Shown: positions 30,901 through 38,486, counted from the first letter of the stretch. The stretch is 64,000 nt of DNA from an uncultured bacterium (GCA_965372795.1 CBDVDR010000001.1:32001-96000), one strand, 5' to 3'. A program made the numbers and translations. The notes: generated by a model not told the origin, from the letters alone.

Positions 30901-31595
30901 CGGCACTTGTTTTCAACTGCTTGTAGGATTGCTTCTGCTAAAACATAGCCATCACTAAGTCCTTCAATATCTGTAACCCGATAAGCCTCAGAAATTGAAT
31001 TGGGAGCAACCAAATGTGATATACCCGCAACAAAAGTGCCATGCCCGCTGTTAACTCCCCCCGGCTCATCAAATGAATCTTCATCCATATCTATATAATC
31101 ATAACCGGATTGCACAAATCCATTCAAGGCAGGATGAATATAATTTACACCGCCGTCTAATATTGCAATTTTTATACCGGAGCCATTAGCAACATTGTGA
31201 GTAGTGTTCAAATCCAATTGATTGGTGATAGTTTGATTGGAATTGCCATCACCGCCAACATCATCAGAAACTGGGAGGCTACTCTGAACAGCTTGTAGTG
31301 GATCAATCATGAAATTTGGATGACAAAATGATACTGAATTTTGATCACTTATTATAGCAGCTACGCTATCAAGATTAGTCTCATTGATATTTAATAAATA
31401 AATATCAATTTTAGGAAGATACCGATTTATTGAGGCATCAAATTGCTGAATAACTTCCGAAATATCATATCCTGGGGTCATTTTTACGACTAATTGCCCA
31501 ATTTCAAATCGCATAGTTCCTGAAGCTTGAGAAGTAACTGCAAATATAATAATTAGACAAATACTTCCTATTACACTTTGTAATTTCTTTTTCAT
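24963..31595 (-). CDS. Exported S8 (subtilisin-like) serine protease with three beta-helix+FN3-like modules, dockerin-like module and FlgD/T9SS-type C-terminal domain
   Basis: Signal peptide; catalytic triad IAILDGG / GHGTFVAG / GGTSFAAP; three 'P..(Y/F).(S/T)IQ.A(I/V)...DTI.V..G.Y' beta-helix starts; CCQGLRGNFNGD..ISDLT dockerin; QNYPNPFNP...YFYRL...KKMMLLK. Confidence 0.9.
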   Translation of the reverse strand: MKKKLQSVIGSICLIIIFAVTSQASGTMRFEIGQLVVKMTPGYDISEVIQQFDASINRYLPKIDIYLLNINETNLDSVAAIISDQNSVSFCHPNFMIDPLQAVQSSLPVSDDVGGDGNSNQTITNQLDLNTTHNVANGSGIKIAILDGGVNYIHPALNGFVQSGYDYIDMDEDSFDEPGGVNSGHGTFVAGISHLVAPNSISEAYRVTDIEGLSDGYVLAEAILQAVENKCRVINLSLVTIDVHQAVQDAIAYATTNNVLVVAAAGNGPNESAHYPASDPNVLTVAAIDTLNLLADFSSFGNHIDLCAPGTSISGPYLDSSYVKWGGTSFAAPFVAAQAALLWQLEPEATRQQVVNAILETATNIDHLNEGFEGELGAGLINPMASILAIRGSANALRVPSGYSTIQEAVEASLPGDTILVAPGDYYENIDLTYKSVVLLSEMGAKFTTIRPLQSDQPIIKVGSGIYDAPLIKGFTFTMVNGNMVIDASTHRVNITDNIFIDNNLNSPAELTQYGTVVIKVFDQNQNDNWKINNNLFINNGGEACLHICDGGWYDGRIINNTFVNNNRSILIANYCVPYMYRIFSLAILNNIFLGDNVKAIELSDGFGQYGIFTFDEFEYNLFWGNAQDWDDTLQINTATQIFGDADFVSKSSNDLRLLPTSIAIDAGSPEAIYNDPDGSRNDIGAIPYSPLSMPIATDLNLTNRNTLSPEMNWTFIGWEGSPQTQFEIMVGSDDNWDVAEMWESGVIVSSSDYVTYSGMPLESFNNYYFRLRVFDGATWSEWQTIQGVVYDGQHIYIPEDFSSIQPAIDILNPGDTIFVSPGLYQGSLTLPSNGVALYAVDGPSVTIIEPTLGSQTTIITYGGSNKSSITGFTIQNGLTGILVSSGTDIEVRNCKIINNSLYGVLANGPENLRVTGSEFSGNAKVLDLIKGTLEFDSNLVTNNYCGSNSAIKTTKGYIDIHHNIISRNECLYALIDTVNVEGLVYNNTVYGNIGNGLRIVSPTLATNNLVIYNKGIGISEGLFSGNNYATVEYNNIWGNSLFFSNGDDNMAVDPRILDTTKNTFILLSNSPCIDAGNPDPIFDDPDGSRSDIGAVNGNTIEYPIALAVTFDPIYLEVATNLNPTIQWSFYDTLETSQYQYELQVGTDWDWNVAEMWNTGVVVSSDSSILYAGFPLEDRTVYMLRLRVNNGTEWGGWFECLMPTKATTVIYVPSEFPTIQSAINAAYDNDTIYVSEGVYAEHINFLGKHILLTSVDGAANTFIEPIMGDTSVLVMAGMEEDSTTVLQGFTLRNSLGDGIKIYFSSLSILNCVIQNSAGIGINVRGGNGSGHCPTVVRNCVIENNQGDVSGGGMYTRQGTYVIENNKFINNQAIEEGGGLSMRLSHGAFISYNLFIENSAHKGGGLRLNHCYGTTKVYNNTFYRNHSIPFEGNPPEGGAGISSSTFYNYDIRNNIIVENGPGYGIISNEIDSLSFQYNNVYLNYDSNYVRAVPGIGSISADPLFVDAANGNFELADGSPCIDAADTSSEFNDLDGTRGDMGAFNAASNNSLPLALNINVGNEIQFRIVSHTPLFYWSFQDSVGTQQAFELQLSHTILDWQDSLVWTSGIVNNPDTFVQYAGSVLMDSHDYIVRVRVSNSISWGGWRYFNIHMNGFLGAPSDAYFADEKGPYVGELGFDPVVDPEGDSMTYDIMLAYDANMDSVIFSVIDSKESRVDVRFEGETDATYWWQIRGSDGYEISEWNLYRYSTLRAGGQVELLLPETKNVPCGQEFSFILGINNDQPGTILYFEHGFEIYSPDNAQFDPVDIEWVTDSLDWASFLDMWFNEEVIHNEEIDSVRFQGSDVIPVDNILVNGIRVPAWRITTFVSCDNIGQQICVDKVDFMQGRNRGRNTWNWGLRKENGQSDAVYPNWGGPYCFTIEECCQGLRGNFNGDEVNCNISDLTDMVDYLFTSGDAPDCIEEANVNGDFNEEISIGDVTKTVDYLFVSQNPPAMCGEFSSNINKLNQANVTLYYDYHDDTTFVHLDSDQQLRGVQLNLTGNDLSKAELSSERGLQLLQGRTESTLRVGLADLGGSALLENGTYELFKVPGYHIIEWAKVSNMNHNSIDAIVEEGSPYIPESFELSQNYPNPFNPITKVKFALPVDAHANLEIINVLGQRVVTLIDGHLKAGYHSVQWDGTNTAGSKIASGVYFYRLTAGTYTSTKKMMLLK

Positions 31596-31605
31596 TATTT
31601 ACTCC

Positions 31606-34329
31606 TTAGCCTGCTCCAAACACCGAAAAAGGTGCCCAGTAATATGCAGAATGATATTTTTCTTTTAATTCTTTGGACGCTAGTCTGGCAGAATCCTTAG
31701 CAGATTTACCATCAAATATATATTTATAAAATATTGTCATCCAGGCAGCAGTCGATTTATCTGAGACAGCCCAATGACTGCCGACAACATTCTTAGCACC
31801 CATCTCAAGAAGACAACGAATGATTCCTGTCGACTCTTCTCCGGGAAGAATTGATTGATGTGCAGTACGACAAGCTGCCAAAGTCACTAAATTAACCTTG
31901 CAATTTTTCAATCTAAAATCAGCTCCAAATAACTGTTCACCTTTCAATGAAAGTGATGAATAGGATGGGTTATCACTTCGATACTGTGCATGACCAATAT
32001 AATGCCATGCACCCCATTCTCCATCTTCGGGCCAATCTACTCTAGAACATGGGTCAAAAACAGATATATCCTTTTTCATTGCTGTAATATTATTAAGTTC
32101 TTTTTGGGTATGTTTAAGTTCACCCACCTCACCTACAAATATATTCATCTTCTGCCCTTTAACAGAAAGCCTTGAAGCATGTCCAAAATGTTGTATTGTA
32201 GGGGAAAGTATAATCGAATATTTTTCAATCAATTGTTCTTTATTATACGAAAGAGCTGACCAGGGTAAATTTGATAAAATCCCATCGAGAATAATTAAAA
32301 CAGTTTTTTGATTAGTAGGTATTTCAAGCGGTGCCCACAAATAATCACCAATTTTTGCAAATAGTTTATTTTCCTCGAATACATCCGAACGGGTATTTAA
32401 TTCACTTCCGAAAAGTACTCGATTTATCAATATCTGCCAATAACCATACATCTCTAATAATTTTTGATGTCCATCTATATAGCGATGTTTTCTTGTAGTT
32501 CCTTTAAAATGAATAAATGAGATGATATCATTCTTATCAATATGAAATTGTATGATTGGCATTTGCATAGAATACTTAATCAGATATTTATCTATGTGGC
32601 TTGTCTTCTCATCATAAATCTGTTCATTGTGATCTAATAAAAGTAAACTTTCACGTACTGATTTGTGAGATTTATCCAGTGAACGATGCGATCCCAGAGC
32701 AACACCAATTCTTGAATCTGAAATTGAGTTCAATTGACCGGATAACATTGAAACTTGATGAGATAATTTTGCTAATGATTGTTCTACATTAGTTCGCTCA
32801 CTCATAGCATTGAAAGATTTTCCTGATGTTGCCCAGATTCCGGCGGTTTTAAATCTATCAGCCCATATCGCTGCTTTTCTGGGATCCCTTTCGATATTCA
32901 ACGAAATCATCTGTTCATATGGGTCAGATTTACCACTCATAAATGCTGCTCTCATTTCAATCGGAGGTAATTTTGCTCGCACAATATCAAGAACGTTTGC
33001 AGCTTTTGTCCAGTGCTTTGCAGCCACACTAACTTTACCTTTTAAAAACTGCCGATCACCTTGGAAGGTCTGCCACTTTGCTAAAAGGTGAGGGACTGAT
33101 TTAACGGCTTTATTTTTTGACAATCGTTTAAATGCTTTTTCATCATTCGGTTGCTCTGTTATAAAAAATAGATCACATACCGCTTCCCATAGAGGTAGCT
33201 GAGCCTGCTTAAAGAGCCGTCTAATAGAACCATAGCTTCGATGATCAATTTTCTGATTATTAGTAATTTGAGTTTCAAACAACTTTACAGCAGCTTCAAA
33301 TCCTTTATTCTTTTCCTTAGCAAACCCAGATTTGGCTCGATCCAATGCTTTCAAAACTTCCTTATCACGTCCACACCCATAAGCAGCTTTTGCTCTAAAA
33401 AAAGCAGCTTTTGAGGCTTCATAGTTAAGCTTGGTTTTCCTTGCTAATCTTTCGGCATTGCAAGCATAATCATAGGCATCCGAAAAAAGGTTAAGTCCTA
33501 AATAAGCTTCTGCCCTGTCCAAAATACAAAGCATCACACCCTTATTCTGTCCGGATTCCAAATAACTCTCTTCACATTTTTTCAGGAGACTAAGAGCAAT
33601 GTGGTAATCGCCCTTTAAAAGAGAAAGCCAGCCTAAACCATATTCACATTCAGTTACATATAAATTAAAACCTAATTTGCAGAATATATCTTTTGCCTGA
33701 TTGTAAGATTCTGATGCTTTTTCAAAATCAAGCAACTGAACAAGAGTATTGGCCAAATTGTAATGACAAAGGCCTAAAACAAGTCTTTGCCTGTTTGTTT
33801 TTTCCAAATGACAGCGAGCTTGTTCATATTGTCGTTTTGCTTCAAGATGTCTGTCTTGACGATGAAACAAGTTCCCATAGTTAATTCTGGTTTTAGCTAC
33901 TTCATCATATTCTTGAAGTTTTGTAAAGGCTTTGATTGCATTTTGGGCTCTGCGACGAGCCTTGGGAATATCCATCAAATACATATATACATCAATAAGA
34001 ATACGATCTATCTTTGCTCGATCTATCGGACGACTTTTTGACAGCTTACGAGCTTCAAGGTATGCTTTCTCAGCTTCCTTATAATTACCACTACTGTTTA
34101 ATGTCCAGCCGAAAGCACGTAACGCCACATCCAAGGGCATGTTTGGATTTTTGCGGGTCCTGGTTACAAATTGACGTGCTAAAGATAAGGCTAAAGGAAT
34201 AGATTTTTGAGTTTCTGCTCTAATAAGTTGATCGCATGCTTTAGCCAAATCGGATAAATCTACCTGGCTAATAGCCCCTTCTTTTAAAAAGGCAATAGCT
34301 GCTTTTGTCAGAGAATCTGACTTTACCAT
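31606..34329 (-). CDS. TPR-CHAT domain protein (caspase-like cysteine protease)
   Basis: N-terminal helical TPR-like repeats; C-terminal CHAT with His/Cys dyad WHYIGH and LVTLAAC; VVGSHWAVSD and YYWAPFSVFG terminal motifs; no signal peptide. Confidence 0.9.
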   Translation of the reverse strand: MVKSDSLTKAAIAFLKEGAISQVDLSDLAKACDQLIRAETQKSIPLALSLARQFVTRTRKNPNMPLDVALRAFGWTLNSSGNYKEAEKAYLEARKLSKSRPIDRAKIDRILIDVYMYLMDIPKARRRAQNAIKAFTKLQEYDEVAKTRINYGNLFHRQDRHLEAKRQYEQARCHLEKTNRQRLVLGLCHYNLANTLVQLLDFEKASESYNQAKDIFCKLGFNLYVTECEYGLGWLSLLKGDYHIALSLLKKCEESYLESGQNKGVMLCILDRAEAYLGLNLFSDAYDYACNAERLARKTKLNYEASKAAFFRAKAAYGCGRDKEVLKALDRAKSGFAKEKNKGFEAAVKLFETQITNNQKIDHRSYGSIRRLFKQAQLPLWEAVCDLFFITEQPNDEKAFKRLSKNKAVKSVPHLLAKWQTFQGDRQFLKGKVSVAAKHWTKAANVLDIVRAKLPPIEMRAAFMSGKSDPYEQMISLNIERDPRKAAIWADRFKTAGIWATSGKSFNAMSERTNVEQSLAKLSHQVSMLSGQLNSISDSRIGVALGSHRSLDKSHKSVRESLLLLDHNEQIYDEKTSHIDKYLIKYSMQMPIIQFHIDKNDIISFIHFKGTTRKHRYIDGHQKLLEMYGYWQILINRVLFGSELNTRSDVFEENKLFAKIGDYLWAPLEIPTNQKTVLIILDGILSNLPWSALSYNKEQLIEKYSIILSPTIQHFGHASRLSVKGQKMNIFVGEVGELKHTQKELNNITAMKKDISVFDPCSRVDWPEDGEWGAWHYIGHAQYRSDNPSYSSLSLKGEQLFGADFRLKNCKVNLVTLAACRTAHQSILPGEESTGIIRCLLEMGAKNVVGSHWAVSDKSTAAWMTIFYKYIFDGKSAKDSARLASKELKEKYHSAYYWAPFSVFGAG

Positions 34330-34892
34330 TGAAGGCTCCCAAGATCAATTCCAATCTCTTTTGAGAGGAGTTTCAAACGATGAGGCGGATGTTTTGCTAC
34401 CCAGTGAAAACAGTCATCATTCCCAAGATGTATTTTTTTAGAACCAACCTGTAGAATAAACTCTGAATTTACTAATTCATCTTTATAAACGCGCCCGATA
34501 AAGTTCCATCCCTCTGTATAACGGGAACCTACAAATTCAAAGGTGAATTGTTTGAAAATGAATCGAATTCTTCGTTCTATACCAAAAGGTGCCTGGCGCA
34601 CAGCTAAGGCAGGCATATTTTTCCAAGAATCAAATTGCACGGTTCCTTTGGAATGCTTTAGCGGTTTCCGTGATTCAATCATAAGCGGAATACGTTTACA
34701 ACGGGTTATTAAATCTTTTGGTGGTTCATACCTCAACTGGCCAATATTAGTCAATAAAAGTAATTGGTAAATGTCATTACACATTTCACATTCTTCTAAA
34801 TGTCTTAATATTGATTTATTCTCTGTCTTGATAGCTTTCAAAAGTGCATTTCTGTCTGGATGTTTTGAAGAAGGTATCATTAAATTTCTCAT
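34323..34892 (-). CDS. Putative soluble zinc-binding anti-sigma factor (ZAS)
   Basis: HLEECEMC = HxxxCxxC motif near the N-terminus; directly downstream of an ECF sigma; no transmembrane segment; overlaps the CHAT start by 7 bp. Confidence 0.7.
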   Translation of the reverse strand: MRNLMIPSSKHPDRNALLKAIKTENKSILRHLEECEMCNDIYQLLLLTNIGQLRYEPPKDLITRCKRIPLMIESRKPLKHSKGTVQFDSWKNMPALAVRQAPFGIERRIRFIFKQFTFEFVGSRYTEGWNFIGRVYKDELVNSEFILQVGSKKIHLGNDDCFHWVAKHPPHRLKLLSKEIGIDLGSLQW

Positions 34893-34971
34893 AATATCAT
34901 TTTGACATTCATAAAATCTGTTAATTGTTTACATTTGCTGTTACAATTATATAGTTCCATCTAATATCGTT

Positions 34972-35526
34972 TTAGTACTCGTTTATATCATATTTTGCTA
35001 ATATTTTTTTTAATTTTTCAAGACATCGCTTTCGAGTAGGACCAAGACTGTTCATGGATATTTTTAATTTCTTTGCAATTTCTTTATATGATACATCTTC
35101 CGATGAAAAGAAAAGCTCTTTTAATAGTTGAGCGCATCGCTCATCCATTTCATCTAAAGCTTTCTGCAGCATTTCATATCTTCTGAGATAGATAACATGT
35201 TCGTACGGCGTTATAGGTGGATCAGATTCGATACTATTTTTTTCAATTTTCTCTATAGAAATCTTTTTCCTAAGAATTCTCATTGATCTGCGATAAGCTG
35301 TGCTTGCCAGCCAATTTGGTATTTTTTCGACTTCTTTGATTTTAAATCGTGAACTGTAGAGTGCCATCCAAGTCTGCTGAGTACAATCTTCGGCGTCAGC
35401 AGAATTGAGACCGTTACGATGTGCTACCGAATAGACAAGTACCGTATATTTGTCAACAAGCTCTCCCCAAGCGTTCTTGTCACCCTCTAAGATGCTCTTC
35501 CATATTCCATCTAAAGTCTTACTCAT
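34972..35526 (-). CDS. ECF-type RNA polymerase sigma factor
   Basis: Region 2 (AWGELVDKY...DAEDCTQQTW...NWL) and region 4 (SYKEIAKKLKISMNSLGPTRKRCLEKLK); 184 aa. Confidence 0.9.
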   Translation of the reverse strand: MSKTLDGIWKSILEGDKNAWGELVDKYTVLVYSVAHRNGLNSADAEDCTQQTWMALYSSRFKIKEVEKIPNWLASTAYRRSMRILRKKISIEKIEKNSIESDPPITPYEHVIYLRRYEMLQKALDEMDERCAQLLKELFFSSEDVSYKEIAKKLKISMNSLGPTRKRCLEKLKKILAKYDINEY

Positions 35527-35835
35527 TGTAAAGATAGGGATGTAAGCTTGGCAGAAGCATAGTATGCCAAATCATTACCCGGTGCTCCAAAATTAATCAA
35601 TTTTACTGAATAAAAACTAATGACAATATAAATAGAAATTTAATTCTTACCAAAAGAAATAAGTTAAAATATTTTCATTCTTGATGTACTAAAGATGTGA
35701 TAAGATGGAACATAATATATGGAGAGTTTTTAATAGATTTTCATTTATTTTCAGACTTAATTATTTTTAATAAAAAAGACATCTGTAGATTTAGACATCT
35801 ATTTATTCAAATGTACTTCCTTCTATCAAATTACA

Positions 35836-36105
35836 TCAAATAATATCCTCAATGTATGTTGCGACCAGTTCTTCCTTTTTGGCTCGTGACAACTTTTTAA
35901 CCGCTCTCTCTCTTATTTGAGCCAGATTCCTTTCGGAAGCGCATTTCTCGGAATATATTAATTTGCAAGGACGGCGCGATCTTGTGTATTTGGCACCTTT
36001 GCCGGAATTATGTTTTTCCAGGCGGGCGTTGATATCAAGTGCAATCCCTGTGTAAAACGAATCGTCTGCACAACGGAGGATATATAAATACCATTCTTTA
36101 CTCAT
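35836..36105 (-). CDS. GIY-YIG nuclease family protein (YhbQ/UPF0213-like)
   Basis: YLYILRCADDSFYTGI...RLEKHNSGKGAKYTRSRRP. Confidence 0.9.
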   Translation of the reverse strand: MSKEWYLYILRCADDSFYTGIALDINARLEKHNSGKGAKYTRSRRPCKLIYSEKCASERNLAQIRERAVKKLSRAKKEELVATYIEDII

Positions 36106-36230
36106 TTATCCCTTACTAGTTCATGTAGAGCAAGATCCATGTGATCCTGCCCTCTTAATCTTTTATTTAATTTATAACAATAAATAAAGGCTTGCAATCT
36201 TTAATAGAGGGCTACTTGGGATACATATCA

Positions 36231-36322
36231 AACCAACATAGTTGGAATTTTAAGCATGAAAAAACCCTGACCTATTACGCCAGAGTAAATCATACGAAGT
36301 ATGCTGGGACACAGGGATTCGA
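36231..36322 (-). repeat. Direct repeat of the tRNA-Gln 3' end plus its terminator (att-like, distal copy)
   Basis: 92 bp with one mismatch vs 38291-38382; identity stops inside the tRNA T-loop. Confidence 0.95.
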
Positions 36323-36428
36323 CGCATGCCATTTTCACCAACTTTTTGCATATCAATAAATTATGCATAATTCACTTACTTTCATAAAGTTAACTTGAGT
36401 TAAGTTAAGTTGAGTTATGTTGGAGCTT

Positions 36429-36482
36429 GTTGAGCTAACTCCAGTGAAGTAGTTTGTTAGAAAATTGTGAGAAAAAGTGTAT
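36429..36482. repeat. Dispersed ~54-bp intergenic repeat, copy B
   Basis: 44/54 identical to 24852-24905; its core TAGTTTGTTAGAAAATT recurs exactly at 38241-38257. Confidence 0.7.
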
Positions 36483-36551
36483 ACCAAAATATAACACACT
36501 GGGTATTTAAGTTCAATTATCTATTTTGTGAAAAATAAATTTTGAATATTT

Positions 36552-36577
36552 AAAAAAGCCCCACCTGTGTGGGGCTT
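36552..36577 (-). terminator. Intrinsic terminator after the Cys-rich peptide gene
   Basis: Minus strand AAGCCCCAC-ACAG-GTGGGGCTT-TTTT. Confidence 0.85.
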
Positions 36578-36615
36578 AAACCTGTTTTCGCCAAATTTAA
36601 TATCTTAGTTTATTA

Positions 36616-36900
36616 TTACCGACACACAGGTGTTATAATTGGACAGTCACCAACAAGCTCTACCAATTCTGCAGGAGGTGGAGTAGTGTGGCAAGTCCAC
36701 CAACCACCATAATATTTATGGAACCAACCAGCACCTGCAGAGCAACCACCGGTTGCTGGCTTGATACAACAACCATAACCATATGGTTCAGGATCTGCCT
36801 CAGGCACGGGTGCAGCTCCAGCATATACTTGAGCAGTTATGCCAGCAACAAATGAGAAGATAAAAAGTAACAGAAATCCAAAAACAAAGTTACGTTTCAT
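36616..36900 (-). CDS. Small secreted six-cysteine prepro-peptide (94 aa)
   Basis: ATG at 36900 with GAGGT RBS; signal peptide ending VYA; GAAPVPEADPEP linker; CC-C-C-C-C mature region; followed by a terminator. Confidence 0.8.
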   Translation of the reverse strand: MKRNFVFGFLLLFIFSFVAGITAQVYAGAAPVPEADPEPYGYGCCIKPATGGCSAGAGWFHKYYGGWWTCHTTPPPAELVELVGDCPIITPVCR

Positions 36901-37122
36901 AATTACCTCTTCTTTCTTAGATTCGGTTTGCACGACTCAACACCTATAATCCATAACTGGTATCGAGCAGAGCGGCTCTTTGATTCCACAAATTCGTTAA
37001 TTTTATGACGGTTTGTGAATGATAAAAGAGCTGTAGTTTAGTAAACCTGAGTCATTCAGGTACACGATTACAAAGTGTTTGGCGAAGACAGATAATTTTT
37101 CCTCAGTATCAGCTCTTTGGAG

Positions 37123-37710
37123 CTATAAATTAGATATCCGTTTAATGTCATCTACAGTTAATGCCGCTGCAATAGCTTCACGAATAACGAGATCCTCATC
37201 GACTATCACAGTAAACGGGTAATGATACAATTCAAATGCAAAAGTGTAAGCACCCTGTTGATCGAAAAGAATCGGCATCTGCAAATTGTGTTTTTCTATC
37301 AATGTTTTTATTAAGTCTCTATTACAGTTTGCGATATAGATGAATTTTCGAAGGTCCTGACTATTCAGAATGGTTTTAGTCACTGAAATCATCTCTTTTT
37401 GACAACTTTCACACTCAGGGTCGAAGAATGTGATTGATGTGGGACCATCAACAAGATGTGAAAGAATTTGAGGTAATTGATCAATATCCTCAAACTGGTG
37501 GTCTGGTATAGTATCACCGGGATTAAGTCCCTTAAGATATGAAAGAGCTTCTCTGGTAAATACCTCTCTCTCCTCATAATAATTATTCACCTGTTGTGAC
37601 TTATTCCTGGAAATCATTACTCCAGCAACTTGTACACCAACAAGGTAAGCTACTCCAACAGTAATAACTACAGCTATGAAATACTTCAGAAACGATTGTA
37701 TCTTTCGCAT
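37123..37710 (-). CDS. Membrane-anchored thioredoxin-fold redoxin (TlpA/ResA-like)
   Basis: N-terminal TM helix; GDTIPD; FFDPECESC (CxxC); YPFT cis-Pro loop; GGAGG RBS. Confidence 0.8.
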   Translation of the reverse strand: MRKIQSFLKYFIAVVITVGVAYLVGVQVAGVMISRNKSQQVNNYYEEREVFTREALSYLKGLNPGDTIPDHQFEDIDQLPQILSHLVDGPTSITFFDPECESCQKEMISVTKTILNSQDLRKFIYIANCNRDLIKTLIEKHNLQMPILFDQQGAYTFAFELYHYPFTVIVDEDLVIREAIAAALTVDDIKRISNL

Positions 37711-38290
37711 GTTTCTTTTTTAGTTTAAACCTCCCTGGTTTTTCTATTCATATTTAAATTGTTTTGCTTATATTTTTTCTAAAAAGAAAAGTAACAACTA
37801 AATGCTTTTTAGTTAATTAATAACAGATGCATTTAGCTCATCCCCGCTTCAATTAATTATCATGAAACATTTAACCTATTTTACAATTCTCATAGTCAAC
37901 TTTCTTATATAATTATCTTCTTAGAAAATCCCTTTATCTTTAAACTTTAACTAATTTCTTTTTTTATAAGTCTAAGATTGAAGAAATAATATAAATTGAG
38001 AAAATATTAAATTATTTTCTCATAAAACCCTCAGACATAACTAATAATTCTATCTGATTTACATCATCAACATAACTAATGAAGGTGACAAATTTGGCAC
38101 TGATGAAAATAGTTTTTGTAAAAAATTATTATTATAAAAGGTAATAGTCTAAAAATTGCTTTCAGTGGTGAATAGATTTAGGCATTGAAGAAATAGAATA
38201 AAACAATCCTTTAGAGTGAATAAGGATATTGCGATAAAGTTAGTTTGTTAGAAAATTCCGAGGGCGTCTACAGCCCACGGTTACAAATCG

Positions 38291-38382
38291 AACCAACCTA
38301 GTTGGAATTTTAAGCATGAAAAAACCCTGACCTATTACGCCAGAGTAAATCATACGAAGTATGCTGGGACACAGGGATTCGA
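38291..38382 (-). repeat. Direct repeat of the tRNA-Gln 3' end plus terminator (tRNA-proximal copy)
   Basis: Matches 36231-36322; includes the hairpin ACTCTGGC-GTAATAG-GTCAGGGT-TTTTT on the minus strand. Confidence 0.95.
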
Positions 38383-38434
38383 ACCCCGATCCTACGGTCC
38401 AGAGCCGCATGTCCTACCATTGGACGATGTCCCA
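38364..38434 (-). tRNA. tRNA-Gln (anticodon CTG), CCA not encoded
   Basis: TGGGACA-TC-GTCCAATGGTAGGAC-A-TGCGG CTCTGGA CCGTA-GGAT-CGGGG TTCGAAT CCCTG-TGTCCCA-G folds as a cloverleaf. Confidence 0.95.
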
Positions 38435-38486
38435 GTATAATGCAAGCATTGATAATTCCAGAAATATTCCGGTTATCAACTTCGGG

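Larger units (their letters stand above)
36231..38382. mobile_element. 2060-bp integrase-less genomic islet at tRNA-Gln
   Basis: Bounded by the 92-bp direct repeats; very AT-rich interior; two cargo genes and no recombinase. Confidence 0.7.

Noticed and set aside
31606..35526. Type III-E CRISPR (Craspase) locus
   Set aside because: No cas7-11 or other cas gene and no CRISPR array in the window; only the protease/sigma logic is analogous.
35548..35570. Sigma54 promoter upstream of the ECF gene
   Set aside because: GG-to-GC spacing does not fit -24/-12 on either strand; kept only as an inverted repeat.
35836..36105. GIY-YIG protein as a homing endonuclease or the islet's mobility enzyme
   Set aside because: It is the short stand-alone YhbQ/UPF0213 type and lies outside the direct repeats.
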